A DNA stretch of 64,000 nt, taken from assembly GCA_048270185.1 (NCBI GenBank), contig JBLWTJ010000001.1:384001-448000 (forward strand), given 5' to 3'. Source of the DNA: Bacteriovoracaceae bacterium. Lineage in GTDB: Bacteria > Bdellovibrionota > Bacteriovoracia > Bacteriovoracales > Bacteriovoracaceae. The notes under the pieces were generated by a model. That model was not told the origin of the DNA. It made no database searches and was given only the letters and a program-made list of their open reading frames with translations. Shown in pieces: positions 20,455-30,239 of the stretch (positions are counted from its first letter, which is position 1; every line of letters begins with the position of its first letter). A program made the translations under genes and the position numbers.

Positions 20455-21599
20455 TGAAAACAATAAGTATTTTCTTCCTATTAACTCTACTAATAACTTC
20501 TTGTGCAAGCAATGAGCGCAGTGAAGATGAACTTCACTTAGTTCATTGGAATATAAAAGAGCTTGATTCAACTAAACTTCGAAAGAAGAATGATCAACTA
20601 AGTAGTGTTAAAAGTATTCTTGAAAAACTAGACTTTGATGCCCTTAGTGTAAACGAGCTTCAATATGATCTACCAAGTGGAAAAAACTTAGAGTTACTAC
20701 TAGGTCAATTAAAAGAAGATACAAGTGAGTTTGCCTTTAGTTTCACTCAGGCCAACACAGGAAACAAGGCCCGTAAAGTAAACGGAAAGTATACAAAAGA
20801 CCGCAAGAATGCTGACCAAGTGAATTACGGCCTATTTCCGGGTCAATATTCAACAGGCTTTGCTTCAAAGCACCCAATCAAAGAAGAAATTATTATTAAA
20901 GACCTTAAATGGAAAGAATTTAATCCTAATGCTGACTTTTCAAAATTTAGAGACGGCAATGGAAAGAAGATTCCTAATGATATTGAACTCTTTGATAAGA
21001 GCTTCACACATCTTGTAATTGAAGTAGCAGATCAAGAAGTAAATCTTATTCTTCTCCACACTGTTCCTAGTTACCACTTTGGTAATCGTCAAACGCCTAA
21101 CTATGAAAGAAATCGTGATCAACTACGTTTCTTAGAGTGGTATGTAACTGGTGCGACAAATTTTAATATTAATCTTCCAAAGAAGTATGAGCATATTAAG
21201 CCTATCAACAAAGAAAAGCGTGTTGTGGTTATGGGAGACTTTAATACTTCCATTTATATGAACAATCCTGGTTCAGTTGTTTTAAGAAGGCTATTTAACT
21301 ACCTTACTCCTTGGCTTAAGAATCCGGGGCCTACAAATGAAAGACAAACATTTGCGGCAAAGCGCAATCCTCTAACACTAGACTATATTGCATACCGAGG
21401 ACTTAAACTCATTGATTCTGGAATTTATAACCCTGAAACATTAGTTGATAAGGGAAATGTTTTCTGTACACCACCAAGTCAGCTTCCAAAGTACATGGTG
21501 AAAGGACTTGATAAGAGAGTTCAGTGTATCGATGATGATGCGATCGAGCTAAAAAAAGCAAGTGACCACTTCCCTATCTGGGCAACTTTTAAATTATAA
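20454..21599 (+). CDS. Endonuclease/exonuclease/phosphatase family lipoprotein
   Basis: ATG overlaps the pepP stop (TAATG). Lipobox ITSC and motifs HWNI, NE, GDFN, LDY, SDHFP. Confidence 0.85.
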   Translation: MKTISIFFLLTLLITSCASNERSEDELHLVHWNIKELDSTKLRKKNDQLSSVKSILEKLDFDALSVNELQYDLPSGKNLELLLGQLKEDTSEFAFSFTQANTGNKARKVNGKYTKDRKNADQVNYGLFPGQYSTGFASKHPIKEEIIIKDLKWKEFNPNADFSKFRDGNGKKIPNDIELFDKSFTHLVIEVADQEVNLILLHTVPSYHFGNRQTPNYERNRDQLRFLEWYVTGATNFNINLPKKYEHIKPINKEKRVVVMGDFNTSIYMNNPGSVVLRRLFNYLTPWLKNPGPTNERQTFAAKRNPLTLDYIAYRGLKLIDSGIYNPETLVDKGNVFCTPPSQLPKYMVKGLDKRVQCIDDDAIELKKASDHFPIWATFKL

Positions 21600-21608
21600 G
21601 AATTAAGG

Positions 21609-22589
21609 CTAGGCCTTGCGATCTAAGATAAAGCCACCGATTAACTCGAGTGGTTTTATCGTCTCTTTTAGACGCTCTTCATTGTGACCATTTTCAAGTA
21701 AGTGAGTACGAATCTCATGAAGAATATCCGTTGCTTCATCAACAAGGGCCTTCGCTTCATTCTTAATATTAGAAACATTTGAAGAGATATCACTTAAATC
21801 AACAATATCGACAAGAGAGCTGCCTGAAACATAGGCATCCATTTTTGTTGGATTATTTGCAAGGTAGTCATAGACCACAGAATTAACTAAGTTTTGTTCA
21901 AGATCTAGGTGTGCATCTTTTAAGCTTTCACCATCACTGAAATCAAGAGTATCGTCAATCATTTGAAAAGCGATACCAAGAAGATGGCCAAAGCGGGCAG
22001 CTTTATTTGCAACTTCCTCATTCTCACTTCCAAGATAGGCCCCAGACCAACAACACCACCCCATTACAGAAGCAGTCTTATGAAAGGCGATCTTTTCAAT
22101 CACTTCTTTTGAGTACTTGCGTGACTCAAGAGCATCCGATTGGATCCACTCACCAATGGCAAGGTCCTGGATAACTTGAGACATACTTTGAAGGACTTTA
22201 ACTGAACCAATTGAAGAAAGACTTAAGATGACATCGGCCAGTAAGTAATCACCAGCAAGAACGGCTTTCTTATTTGAAGCCTCAATATTTATTGATGGAT
22301 TACCACGACGCTGTGTTGCACCATCGATAACATCGTCATGGGCAAGAGAAGCTGCATGAACCATTTCAATCGCTCGAGCACAAATCGTCACATCATTCTT
22401 CGTATGGCAATTGAAGAAATCGGCCATTAGAAATGTAAGCATTGGGCGCAGACGCTTGCCACCAGAGAGAACTGTTTTTTCAAGTACGTCTTTTACGGCA
22501 CTTAGACAGTTTTCGGACTTAATATCGAGGTTGATATTGACCGCTTTCTCTAGGATTTGTGGAGGTATTGATTCAAAAAATTCGTTCAT
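21609..22589 (-). CDS. Polyprenyl diphosphate synthase
   Basis: GGKRLRP, HDDVID..RRG, LAGDYL, KTA and FQMIDDTLD. Confidence 0.93.
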   Translation of the reverse strand: MNEFFESIPPQILEKAVNINLDIKSENCLSAVKDVLEKTVLSGGKRLRPMLTFLMADFFNCHTKNDVTICARAIEMVHAASLAHDDVIDGATQRRGNPSINIEASNKKAVLAGDYLLADVILSLSSIGSVKVLQSMSQVIQDLAIGEWIQSDALESRKYSKEVIEKIAFHKTASVMGWCCWSGAYLGSENEEVANKAARFGHLLGIAFQMIDDTLDFSDGESLKDAHLDLEQNLVNSVVYDYLANNPTKMDAYVSGSSLVDIVDLSDISSNVSNIKNEAKALVDEATDILHEIRTHLLENGHNEERLKETIKPLELIGGFILDRKA

Positions 22590-22718
22590 ATTAATTTCCG
22601 TTTTAATACTAATACCACTTGTCTAAAGGGGCCGTAAATGATTAATATAACGCAAATACAATTGAAAAAAGAAGCCATGCAACATGGCCATTTAAACACA
22701 GTAATATAGGTTAGAAAT

Positions 22719-23432
22719 ATGAGCAATAAAGAATTAGCGACACGTAAAACAAAGTCATTTGAAATTTTTGATAAAATTGCAGGAACATACGATCTGCTTA
22801 ACCACATCCTTTCATTTGGAATTGATATTTACTGGCGTAAGGTTGTTATCGCAAACCTTCCAAAACAAGATAAATTACAATGTCTCGACCTAGCATGTGG
22901 TACAGGTGATCTAACGATTGCACTTGCGAAGGCACCAAATGTTGAAAGTGTAACGGGAATTGATCTTTCAAAAGGAATGATTGAAATTGGAAAGAAGAAA
23001 CTAGAATCGAAGAGGGTTTCACATAAGGCAAAGATGCATATTGGTGATGGTGTTGAAATACCTGCGGCCGATGAGACATACGATGTAACAAGTGTAAGTT
23101 TTGGAATCAGAAACTTTCCAGACTTTAAGAAATCACTTGTAAATATGTACCGAGTGATTCGTCCAGGTGGCCGTAGCTTCGTTTTAGAGTTCTCTATTCC
23201 TAAGAACCCACTCTTTAAAGCAATTTACTTCTTCTACTTCAGATACCTACTGCCATTTGTTGGTAATTTAATCTCAAAACACAAAGATGCTTATACTTAC
23301 CTAAATCAAACAGTCGAAGACTTTCCTTACGGACAAGACTTTGCTGATGAAATGACTAAAGCAGGATTTAAGAATGTTCGCTTTATCCCATTAACTTTTG
23401 GAATTGCAACATTGTATATAGGAGATAAGTAA
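22719..23432 (+). CDS. ubiE: Demethylmenaquinone methyltransferase UbiE/MenG
   Basis: FDKIAGTYDLLN, LDLACGTGD, FGIRN and LEFS. Confidence 0.95.
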   Translation: MSNKELATRKTKSFEIFDKIAGTYDLLNHILSFGIDIYWRKVVIANLPKQDKLQCLDLACGTGDLTIALAKAPNVESVTGIDLSKGMIEIGKKKLESKRVSHKAKMHIGDGVEIPAADETYDVTSVSFGIRNFPDFKKSLVNMYRVIRPGGRSFVLEFSIPKNPLFKAIYFFYFRYLLPFVGNLISKHKDAYTYLNQTVEDFPYGQDFADEMTKAGFKNVRFIPLTFGIATLYIGDK

Positions 23433-24806
23433 TTGCGTTTAGCTGCTTCTAATCTCCAAATTGATATTATCAATCATTTAATTACACTTGATTGTGAGAG
23501 TGAAGATCTAATAAAGGGCCCTGAATATAGCCTATATAAGCTACAGGGTGGATTCAATAATATTTCATCAACAATTGATCTTTTTCAGACATTTCGTAAA
23601 TTCTATTTTTTGAACAAAGACAAAGACACTGAATTTCTTGCTCTAGGAGCTTGGCAAGACTTTACTTCCCTCTATCATTATGAAGAGATTGAGAAATTAA
23701 TAGAAGAGCACGATTTTTTAAAAATTTGTGGGGCCCAACGTTTCAAATCAGAACCAGATTGTCTTGAGTGGCATGGACTTGATGACTGTTCATACTTTCT
23801 GCCAAAGGTAATTATTGAAGCGACTTCTCAAGGTGTCGATATCAATATTATTCTCCCTAACCGATTCTTTATTGATGATGCAAATCGAAAAGAAGTGCTA
23901 CATGAACTTGCAATTTCGCTAGAGCCAAATCCAAAGCATACAATTAGCGACTACAATCAAATTACAAAGAATATTTCAACAACTAGTAAGAACCAGTGGT
24001 CTAAAATCGTCAAAGCCGCTATTTCTAAGATTAATAAAGAGCAATTATCTAAGATAGTTCTTTCCCGAAAGCTTATGGTTTCCTTTAAGAACCCAATTAG
24101 TGCTTATGGGCAATTTAAGATTCTTAAAGAAAACAATAGTCATAATGCATACAATATACTTTTTCAATTCTCGAGTACACAGTGTTTCTATAGCGTAACT
24201 CCTGAAACACTATTTAAACTTAATGAAAGAAAAATAGAAATCGACTCACTTGCCGGAACGATAAATCGCGGAAGTAATAAGCAAGAAGATGTTTTCTTAG
24301 AGCATACTCTACTTGAAAATAAGAAAGAGTTAGAAGAACATCGTCACGTTTCACAATATATTGAAGAAACACTTGATTCACTTGCCGCCGATATAAGAAA
24401 AGTGAAAGAAGAAGAAATTTTAAAACTTAAATATATTCAACATATTCATTCAAAATACGAAGCGGTTTTAAAATGGGACGCAAAAAGAAGTGACCTTATT
24501 ACAAAACTTCACCCAACACCAGCTGTTGCAGGACTTCCAAAAGAGCGTTCAATGGAGCTAATCTCTGATTTAGAGAAAAGTTCACGAGGCCTCTATGCCT
24601 CACCTATTGGCTTCTTTTCGAAATCAAAAACTGAATTTGCAGTAGGACTTCGATGTGCTCTCGTTGATAAGAACGATCTCCACATCTATGCTGGTTGTGG
24701 AATTGTCAAAGACTCTTCGGCAGAAAAAGAATGGAATGAAACAACTAATAAAATGAAAAACTTTACGGAAGTTATCAAGGCCAAATCATGGACAAATTTC
24801 CATTAA
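23433..24806 (+). CDS. menF: Isochorismate synthase
   Basis: KIVLSR, TPETL, LAGT, EH, LHPTPAV and YAGCGIV, inside the men cluster. Confidence 0.9.
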   Translation: MRLAASNLQIDIINHLITLDCESEDLIKGPEYSLYKLQGGFNNISSTIDLFQTFRKFYFLNKDKDTEFLALGAWQDFTSLYHYEEIEKLIEEHDFLKICGAQRFKSEPDCLEWHGLDDCSYFLPKVIIEATSQGVDINIILPNRFFIDDANRKEVLHELAISLEPNPKHTISDYNQITKNISTTSKNQWSKIVKAAISKINKEQLSKIVLSRKLMVSFKNPISAYGQFKILKENNSHNAYNILFQFSSTQCFYSVTPETLFKLNERKIEIDSLAGTINRGSNKQEDVFLEHTLLENKKELEEHRHVSQYIEETLDSLAADIRKVKEEEILKLKYIQHIHSKYEAVLKWDAKRSDLITKLHPTPAVAGLPKERSMELISDLEKSSRGLYASPIGFFSKSKTEFAVGLRCALVDKNDLHIYAGCGIVKDSSAEKEWNETTNKMKNFTEVIKAKSWTNFH

Positions 24807-26509
24807 CACAAAACCTTTCACGCTTATGGGCGTCAGTCATCGTCGATGAGCTGGCAAAGAATGGAATTACAGAATTCTATACGGCCCCAGGAATGAGAAA
24901 CGCTCCTGTTTTAGCTGCTGCTCATTACCATGAAGATATTAATACATTTTCATTCTTTGATGAAAGGGCCCTAAGTTATCGTGCCCTTGGACGCTCAAAA
25001 ATTGCAGATTCTATTCCTCTTTTAACTTGTACATCAGGAACTGCCATGGCCAACTTTGCGCCAGCAATTATTGAAGCAAACAAGTCTGGCCTGCCACTTA
25101 TTATACTTACGGCAGATCGCCCAAGCGAGCTTGTAAAAACAGACTCAAACCAAACAATAGATCAATTAAAAGTAATTGATTCTCATACTTGTTATAATTT
25201 AAGTCTTGAAGCTCCTAATGAAGCACTAAGTGCAACAAGACTTAGAACTCTTATTTCGACGGCCATCGGTCGTGCGAAGATAAATAAGCGTCCAGTTCAT
25301 ATCAATCTACCAATGCGTGAACCACTGGATGCAACAAATGATCCAATGACAAAAGAATACCTAACGAAGACACTTGAGAGTTTTAAAACAAATCAAGCAA
25401 GAGTAATTTCAAGTGCCTATCAAAGTTATCACATGGAGTATGAGCTTCAAGAGAAGCTTGTGGCCGCAAAAAATATACTTCTAGTAGTTGGAAAACTTGA
25501 TGGAAAGAAAGATCTTGGCCACTATCACGACGCTCTTAAGAACCTTAAAATCCCAAAGTATCTTGATATAACTAGTGGTCTTAAGTATCAATTCTGTTTA
25601 GAAGATTACTTAACCCCTAATTTTGATCACCCAGAGGTACTTTCAGTCTATGAGAAAGGGCCACCTGAAATCATTATTCACATTGGTGGTAGACTCGTTT
25701 CAAAGCATTACTATAATTATCTTGAAAGAAATAATTGTGAAGTTATCCATGTAACAAATGTCGACTTTGATCACGACCCAGGATTTTCAAATACTCATAA
25801 AATCATTTGTGACCCCCTATCATTTCTTAATGATATGACAAAGCTTGGATTAAATATTACACCTCCAGTTATGTGGCATGAATTCGTTGAAAAAAAGCGC
25901 GCCATAATTGAAGAAGAAGGTTTAACTCAACCTTTTATTTCAAAGAATATCATTGAAAAGGTTAATATTGATTACGACCTTGTCATCGGAAACTCAACGA
26001 TCGTTCGAAGCTTTGATAACTTTGTCTCAAGTGATTTTAGAAGCCATGTCAATGTCTATACGAATCGCGGAGTAAGTGGCATTGAAGGCTTTGTTTCAAC
26101 ACTAGTTGGACTAAGTGATGAAAACGAGCGCCCAAAACTTCTACTACTTGGCGACATCTCTTTTAAGCACGATCTTAATGCTCTTTATATGCTAAATGAA
26201 CTTGGTGTTAATTCGAGGAATTTAACAATTGTTATTATCAATAATTTCCAAGGTGATATTTTTAACCTTCTTCCAATTGCTAAAGAAAAAGACTTTCTAA
26301 GTCTTTTGACAACGCCACATAATGATCAATTCGGAAAACTTATAAGTGCTTTTGAAAATATTAAATATGATATCTGTGAAGATAAAGAACAATTTAATAA
26401 TCTTGTGGCCCATGCCATAAGAAATAATGGTGTTAATATTATTGAGGCCATAACAGATAATGACTCAAATATTTCTCTATTTAAGAAATTAAAGACGGTT
26501 AAATTATAA
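24788..26509 (+). CDS. menD: SEPHCHC synthase
   Basis: APGMRNAP, DER, TSGTA, TADRP, NRGVSGIEG and GDISFKHDLN. Confidence 0.95.
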   Translation: MDKFPLTQNLSRLWASVIVDELAKNGITEFYTAPGMRNAPVLAAAHYHEDINTFSFFDERALSYRALGRSKIADSIPLLTCTSGTAMANFAPAIIEANKSGLPLIILTADRPSELVKTDSNQTIDQLKVIDSHTCYNLSLEAPNEALSATRLRTLISTAIGRAKINKRPVHINLPMREPLDATNDPMTKEYLTKTLESFKTNQARVISSAYQSYHMEYELQEKLVAAKNILLVVGKLDGKKDLGHYHDALKNLKIPKYLDITSGLKYQFCLEDYLTPNFDHPEVLSVYEKGPPEIIIHIGGRLVSKHYYNYLERNNCEVIHVTNVDFDHDPGFSNTHKIICDPLSFLNDMTKLGLNITPPVMWHEFVEKKRAIIEEEGLTQPFISKNIIEKVNIDYDLVIGNSTIVRSFDNFVSSDFRSHVNVYTNRGVSGIEGFVSTLVGLSDENERPKLLLLGDISFKHDLNALYMLNELGVNSRNLTIVIINNFQGDIFNLLPIAKEKDFLSLLTTPHNDQFGKLISAFENIKYDICEDKEQFNNLVAHAIRNNGVNIIEAITDNDSNISLFKKLKTVKL

Positions 26510-27411
26510 TGAATAAGAATGTGCAAGGATTTATTATTGCTTCTCGCCCAAAGACTCTGCCTGCTGGAGCAGCACCGGTCATTCTGGCAGGATTTCTTGC
26601 AGCAAAGAATTTAGGTGGAGAGGGTTTCAACTATGTAATCTTTGTCCTAACTCTTATTTGCACAATCCTCTTACAAATTTCTTCAAATCTCATTAATGAT
26701 TACTACGATACAAAAACAGGTGTTGATACGAGTGAGCGTCTAGGGCCTCACCGTGTGACAAATACGGGATTTATCGATGCTGAAACTGTTAAAAAATTCT
26801 TTATTGCAACACTCTCACTAGCATTTATCATGGGGATCTACCTCATGTTTCAAGGTGGCACTCTTATTGTCATTTTAGGACTTGCATCCATGGCCGCAGC
26901 CTACCTCTACACAGGAGGACCGTTTCCCTTATCACACTATGCCCTTGGTGAAATTCTAGCTTTGCTATTCTTTGGAAATGTTGCCGTTATCGGAAGCTAC
27001 TACCTCTTAACAGGACAAATTACTAATGAAGCCATTCTCCTAAGTATATTTCCGGGGCTAATTAGTAGCACAATCATGGCCATCAATAATGCCAGAGACT
27101 TAGAAAATGATCGCAAAGCAGACAAGCTTACCATGGCCATAATTCTTGATAATATAATGGGAGAAAAATCTCGCTACCTACCAATGAGCTTTGTGCTTTT
27201 GGCCAATATCATCATTATTGCTCATGCCTATCTTTATGGGCACTGGTATAACGCAATTTCTGTGATTGTGTTAACGACACTCTTTTTTAAAACTTGGAAA
27301 TATATCGCAAAATCAAAACCTAATGTAGAATATAACCAAAGACTTGCTGAAACTGGAAAGTTTCTCTTCATCTCAAGTCTAATCTACGGAGCAATCATTT
27401 GGATAAGCTAG
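26509..27411 (+). CDS. menA: 1,4-dihydroxy-2-naphthoate polyprenyltransferase
   Basis: RPKTL, NLINDYYD, YTGGP and NNARD. Confidence 0.93.
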   Translation: MNKNVQGFIIASRPKTLPAGAAPVILAGFLAAKNLGGEGFNYVIFVLTLICTILLQISSNLINDYYDTKTGVDTSERLGPHRVTNTGFIDAETVKKFFIATLSLAFIMGIYLMFQGGTLIVILGLASMAAAYLYTGGPFPLSHYALGEILALLFFGNVAVIGSYYLLTGQITNEAILLSIFPGLISSTIMAINNARDLENDRKADKLTMAIILDNIMGEKSRYLPMSFVLLANIIIIAHAYLYGHWYNAISVIVLTTLFFKTWKYIAKSKPNVEYNQRLAETGKFLFISSLIYGAIIWIS

Positions 27412-28379
27412 TCTTAAGACTAACATATAACGAAAGAATAAAGCTTAAAAGGCCTCTTGTTGCCCGCTCTAAAAAATTTGAATACCTAGACTACTTTGAA
27501 GCTTGTGTTGAAATTGCAGGAGAAGAGTTCACTAGTTACGTCAATCAATTTAGTTTCTTCTATGAAGGGCAAATGCTTGATGGTGAGTATACGATTAATT
27601 ACGATCTGAAGTCTTTATTAGATGGTGAAATTTTTGATGCAAAGATCATTGAAAAGGGAATTGATAACCCCCTACCGCCAAATATTATTTTGGCCTTTGA
27701 ATACGCTCTCATCAAATACTATCTTCGCTATAATAAGAAAAAAGAAAATTATTTTCATCAGGCCAATACGACCAAGATCAATCTTCTCTTTTTCGAAGGC
27801 ATGAAGCTCAACAACAATAGCGATGAAATCATTAAGTATAAAATTTCAAGAAATAGTGAATTACGTAAAGTTATTAACGACCTAAACGAGCTGGCCGGAA
27901 AGAATAAGAAAATTAGACTTGATGGTAATCGCAATCTCTCCTCATCTGTTCTTGAAAGTATTTTCTACAATCTTCTCCCAAGTACAATTGAGGCAATTGA
28001 GTATATTGAAGAGCCATTTAACGATATCCATACCTGGAGATTATTTAACTGGAGTGATCGAATTAAGATGGCAGTTGATGAAAGTTTTCAATTTGAGCGC
28101 CGTCAAGAATTGCCCGAAGAAATTAATCATGTAATTTTAAAATTTGGGGTCAATATTTCAATTTTTGAATACTTCACTCTAAGACGAGAAAAGACTCCCT
28201 GGAAGATGACAATTACTAGTGGTTTTGAATGTCCTAAATTATTTAATCTGATCATTCACCTCGCTTCACTTGAGCAAAATGCTGCAGGTCTTTCCACATT
28301 TAACTTCTTTGAAAATGCGTTAAAATTATATAAACGCTATGATGAGGAAAGCTGCAGTTTAACTGCCTTCCCTCTCTAA
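27399..28379 (+). CDS. menC: o-succinylbenzoate synthase-like enolase-superfamily protein (divergent)
   Basis: KYK, IRLDGN, YIEEP and AVDES motifs; last gene of the men cluster. Confidence 0.75.
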   Translation: MDKLVLRLTYNERIKLKRPLVARSKKFEYLDYFEACVEIAGEEFTSYVNQFSFFYEGQMLDGEYTINYDLKSLLDGEIFDAKIIEKGIDNPLPPNIILAFEYALIKYYLRYNKKKENYFHQANTTKINLLFFEGMKLNNNSDEIIKYKISRNSELRKVINDLNELAGKNKKIRLDGNRNLSSSVLESIFYNLLPSTIEAIEYIEEPFNDIHTWRLFNWSDRIKMAVDESFQFERRQELPEEINHVILKFGVNISIFEYFTLRREKTPWKMTITSGFECPKLFNLIIHLASLEQNAAGLSTFNFFENALKLYKRYDEESCSLTAFPL

Positions 28380-28395
28380 TTTTCAAGGAGAAATC

Positions 28396-28590
28396 ATGTT
28401 AAGAGTACTAAGTTTAGCTGCATTACTTACATTTGCATCATGTTCATCACACCAACACCACCATGATGGAAAACAATGTTCAAGAGATGGTAAGTCTTGT
28501 TGCCACAAGAAAGATGGTAAGAAGTGCTGTGATGGAAAACAGTGTGATATGAAAAAATCAAAGAAAAAAAGTAAGAAAAAAGCGAATTAA
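28396..28590 (+). CDS. Small His/Cys/Lys-rich lipoprotein
   Basis: RBS AAGGAG, lipobox FASC, HQHHH and four DGKxC repeats. Confidence 0.8.
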   Translation: MLRVLSLAALLTFASCSSHQHHHDGKQCSRDGKSCCHKKDGKKCCDGKQCDMKKSKKKSKKKAN

Positions 28591-28602
28591 TCCAGTGATA
28601 CT

Positions 28603-28632
28603 AGGAGGCTTGCAAAATTTGCAGGCCTTCTT
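28603..28632 (+). terminator. Probable terminator hairpin
   Basis: AGGAGGCTTGCAAA-A-TTTGCAGGCCTTCT. Confidence 0.6.
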
Positions 28633-28679
28633 AATTTCCCTAAATCTCCTATAATATTTCTAACATCATAGGAGTTACG

Positions 28680-28850
28680 ATGAAAAATCTTCTAAGTCTA
28701 ATCACACTTTCTACACTAATTTTATTTGCGACTTCATGTGCATCTTCCACTAGTCGTGATGTTGCCTCAGAAAGTAAGAAATGTAAGGAAGTAAGTGTTC
28801 CTGACCATTCGTCATATTATGACACATACGAAGAATGCAATGACCTTTAA
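28680..28850 (+). CDS. Small lipoprotein, 56 aa (below the ORF-track cutoff)
   Basis: RBS AGGAG, then MKNLLSLITLSTLILFATSCASSTSRDVASESKKCKEVSVPDHSSYYDTYEECNDL*, with lipobox ATSC. Confidence 0.8.
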   Translation: MKNLLSLITLSTLILFATSCASSTSRDVASESKKCKEVSVPDHSSYYDTYEECNDL

Positions 28851-28963
28851 TGTCATTGTAAGTTCTTCACACTAAGCGTCTTAACACAATTCTGTTTTTA
28901 CACATTGTTTAGCATTTGATAAATGTCTCTTTATAATAACGCCAATTTAAGAGAGAGACACAA

Positions 28964-30139
28964 ATGCTTAAAAAATCCCTGTTGATTTCATTACTACTTC
29001 TAAGTAGCTTTACCGCCAAGGCCTATGACTTTAATGTTAAAGCCTTCATGGTTCTAGACCTTCTAACACTACAAAAGATTGATGATAATCCTACTCGTGC
29101 AGAAATGGGATACGGTACAGCAGATATCAAGTTCTATTTTAATCACCAACAGTGGAGTGCAAAATTCAAGCTTGATATTGATGCATCAGAAACAGAAGGC
29201 AATAGTCTTGATCTAATGGAAGAGGCCCTAATTACTTACAAATTCAATAGTAATTGGAAATTAACTGGTGGTAAGGGTAAAGTTCCATTCTATACAATGC
29301 ACTTTGGGATCACAGAAAGAAACCTAATGGATGGTGGATATCTGACTCAAACATACTCAGGAATGAGAGCTGGTTATTTTAAAAGAAAATATCTTCTAAC
29401 TCTTCGCTACGGTGGTTGGAGACAAGGTCAAATTCACGATGTGACATTCTTTGGTAACTCAACTTCAGTTGATCGCGATCGTGATGATCACTCTAAGCCA
29501 AATCTATACGATCCAAGTACAGGCGGAATCAACGCGGGTAAAGAATTAACATATTCAGCAGAGAGAACTTTTAATACAAACTACCAAAAAGGTTTCGGCT
29601 ACAAGGGTCGCTGGATGCCATCTCAAAACCACGAGATCATCTTTGGTGCCTTCTCATACTGGCGTGATATTGACCCAGATGAAGATTATGGTTTCTCACT
29701 TGCCTACCAGTATGACAGCAACAAGTGGTCATTTTGGACAGAAGGTCTTTTTGGTCACTTCTCAAAACATCCAAATGATAAGTACGCAACATTAAGCCAA
29801 GAAACATACAATGCTCAGCTTGGTGTGCTTTATAAGATTGATGATACTTGGTCAGCAGGGATCAACGGTGAATACTCATATGTATACGATCAATCTTGGA
29901 ACAAAGCAGACCTACCTGCAGATTACGGACAAACTCGCTACAACGATGGGAACCTAAGAAAAGTGGCTCTTTGGAGAATCGATTTAGGTGTTCAGTATAA
30001 AGTATCAAGAAATGTTCAACTTAACGGTGGGTTCCTAATTGAAGAGCGTACTGATGAAGAAACAAATACATCATCAGATGGAAATCCTGAGACAACAGAT
30101 GGTTACGGGATTAACTTCTCACTAACTACATGGCTTTAG
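28964..30139 (+). CDS. Outer-membrane beta-barrel (porin-like) protein
   Basis: Signal peptide, alternating aromatic beta strands, GKGKVPF motif and C-terminal FSLTTWL. Confidence 0.75.
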   Translation: MLKKSLLISLLLLSSFTAKAYDFNVKAFMVLDLLTLQKIDDNPTRAEMGYGTADIKFYFNHQQWSAKFKLDIDASETEGNSLDLMEEALITYKFNSNWKLTGGKGKVPFYTMHFGITERNLMDGGYLTQTYSGMRAGYFKRKYLLTLRYGGWRQGQIHDVTFFGNSTSVDRDRDDHSKPNLYDPSTGGINAGKELTYSAERTFNTNYQKGFGYKGRWMPSQNHEIIFGAFSYWRDIDPDEDYGFSLAYQYDSNKWSFWTEGLFGHFSKHPNDKYATLSQETYNAQLGVLYKIDDTWSAGINGEYSYVYDQSWNKADLPADYGQTRYNDGNLRKVALWRIDLGVQYKVSRNVQLNGGFLIEERTDEETNTSSDGNPETTDGYGINFSLTTWL

Positions 30140-30239
30140 CCAACGATTGAGACAGGTAAATCTTAGTCTTAATTAACTTATCTTAACTAACAATCAATCC
30201 GAATTACCTCCTAAAATGAAAATATTTAGGAGGTACTTT

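Noticed and set aside
28851..28872. Canonical Pho box upstream of the porin
   Set aside because: The TGTCAT and CTTCAC half-sites are 14 bp apart, not 11.
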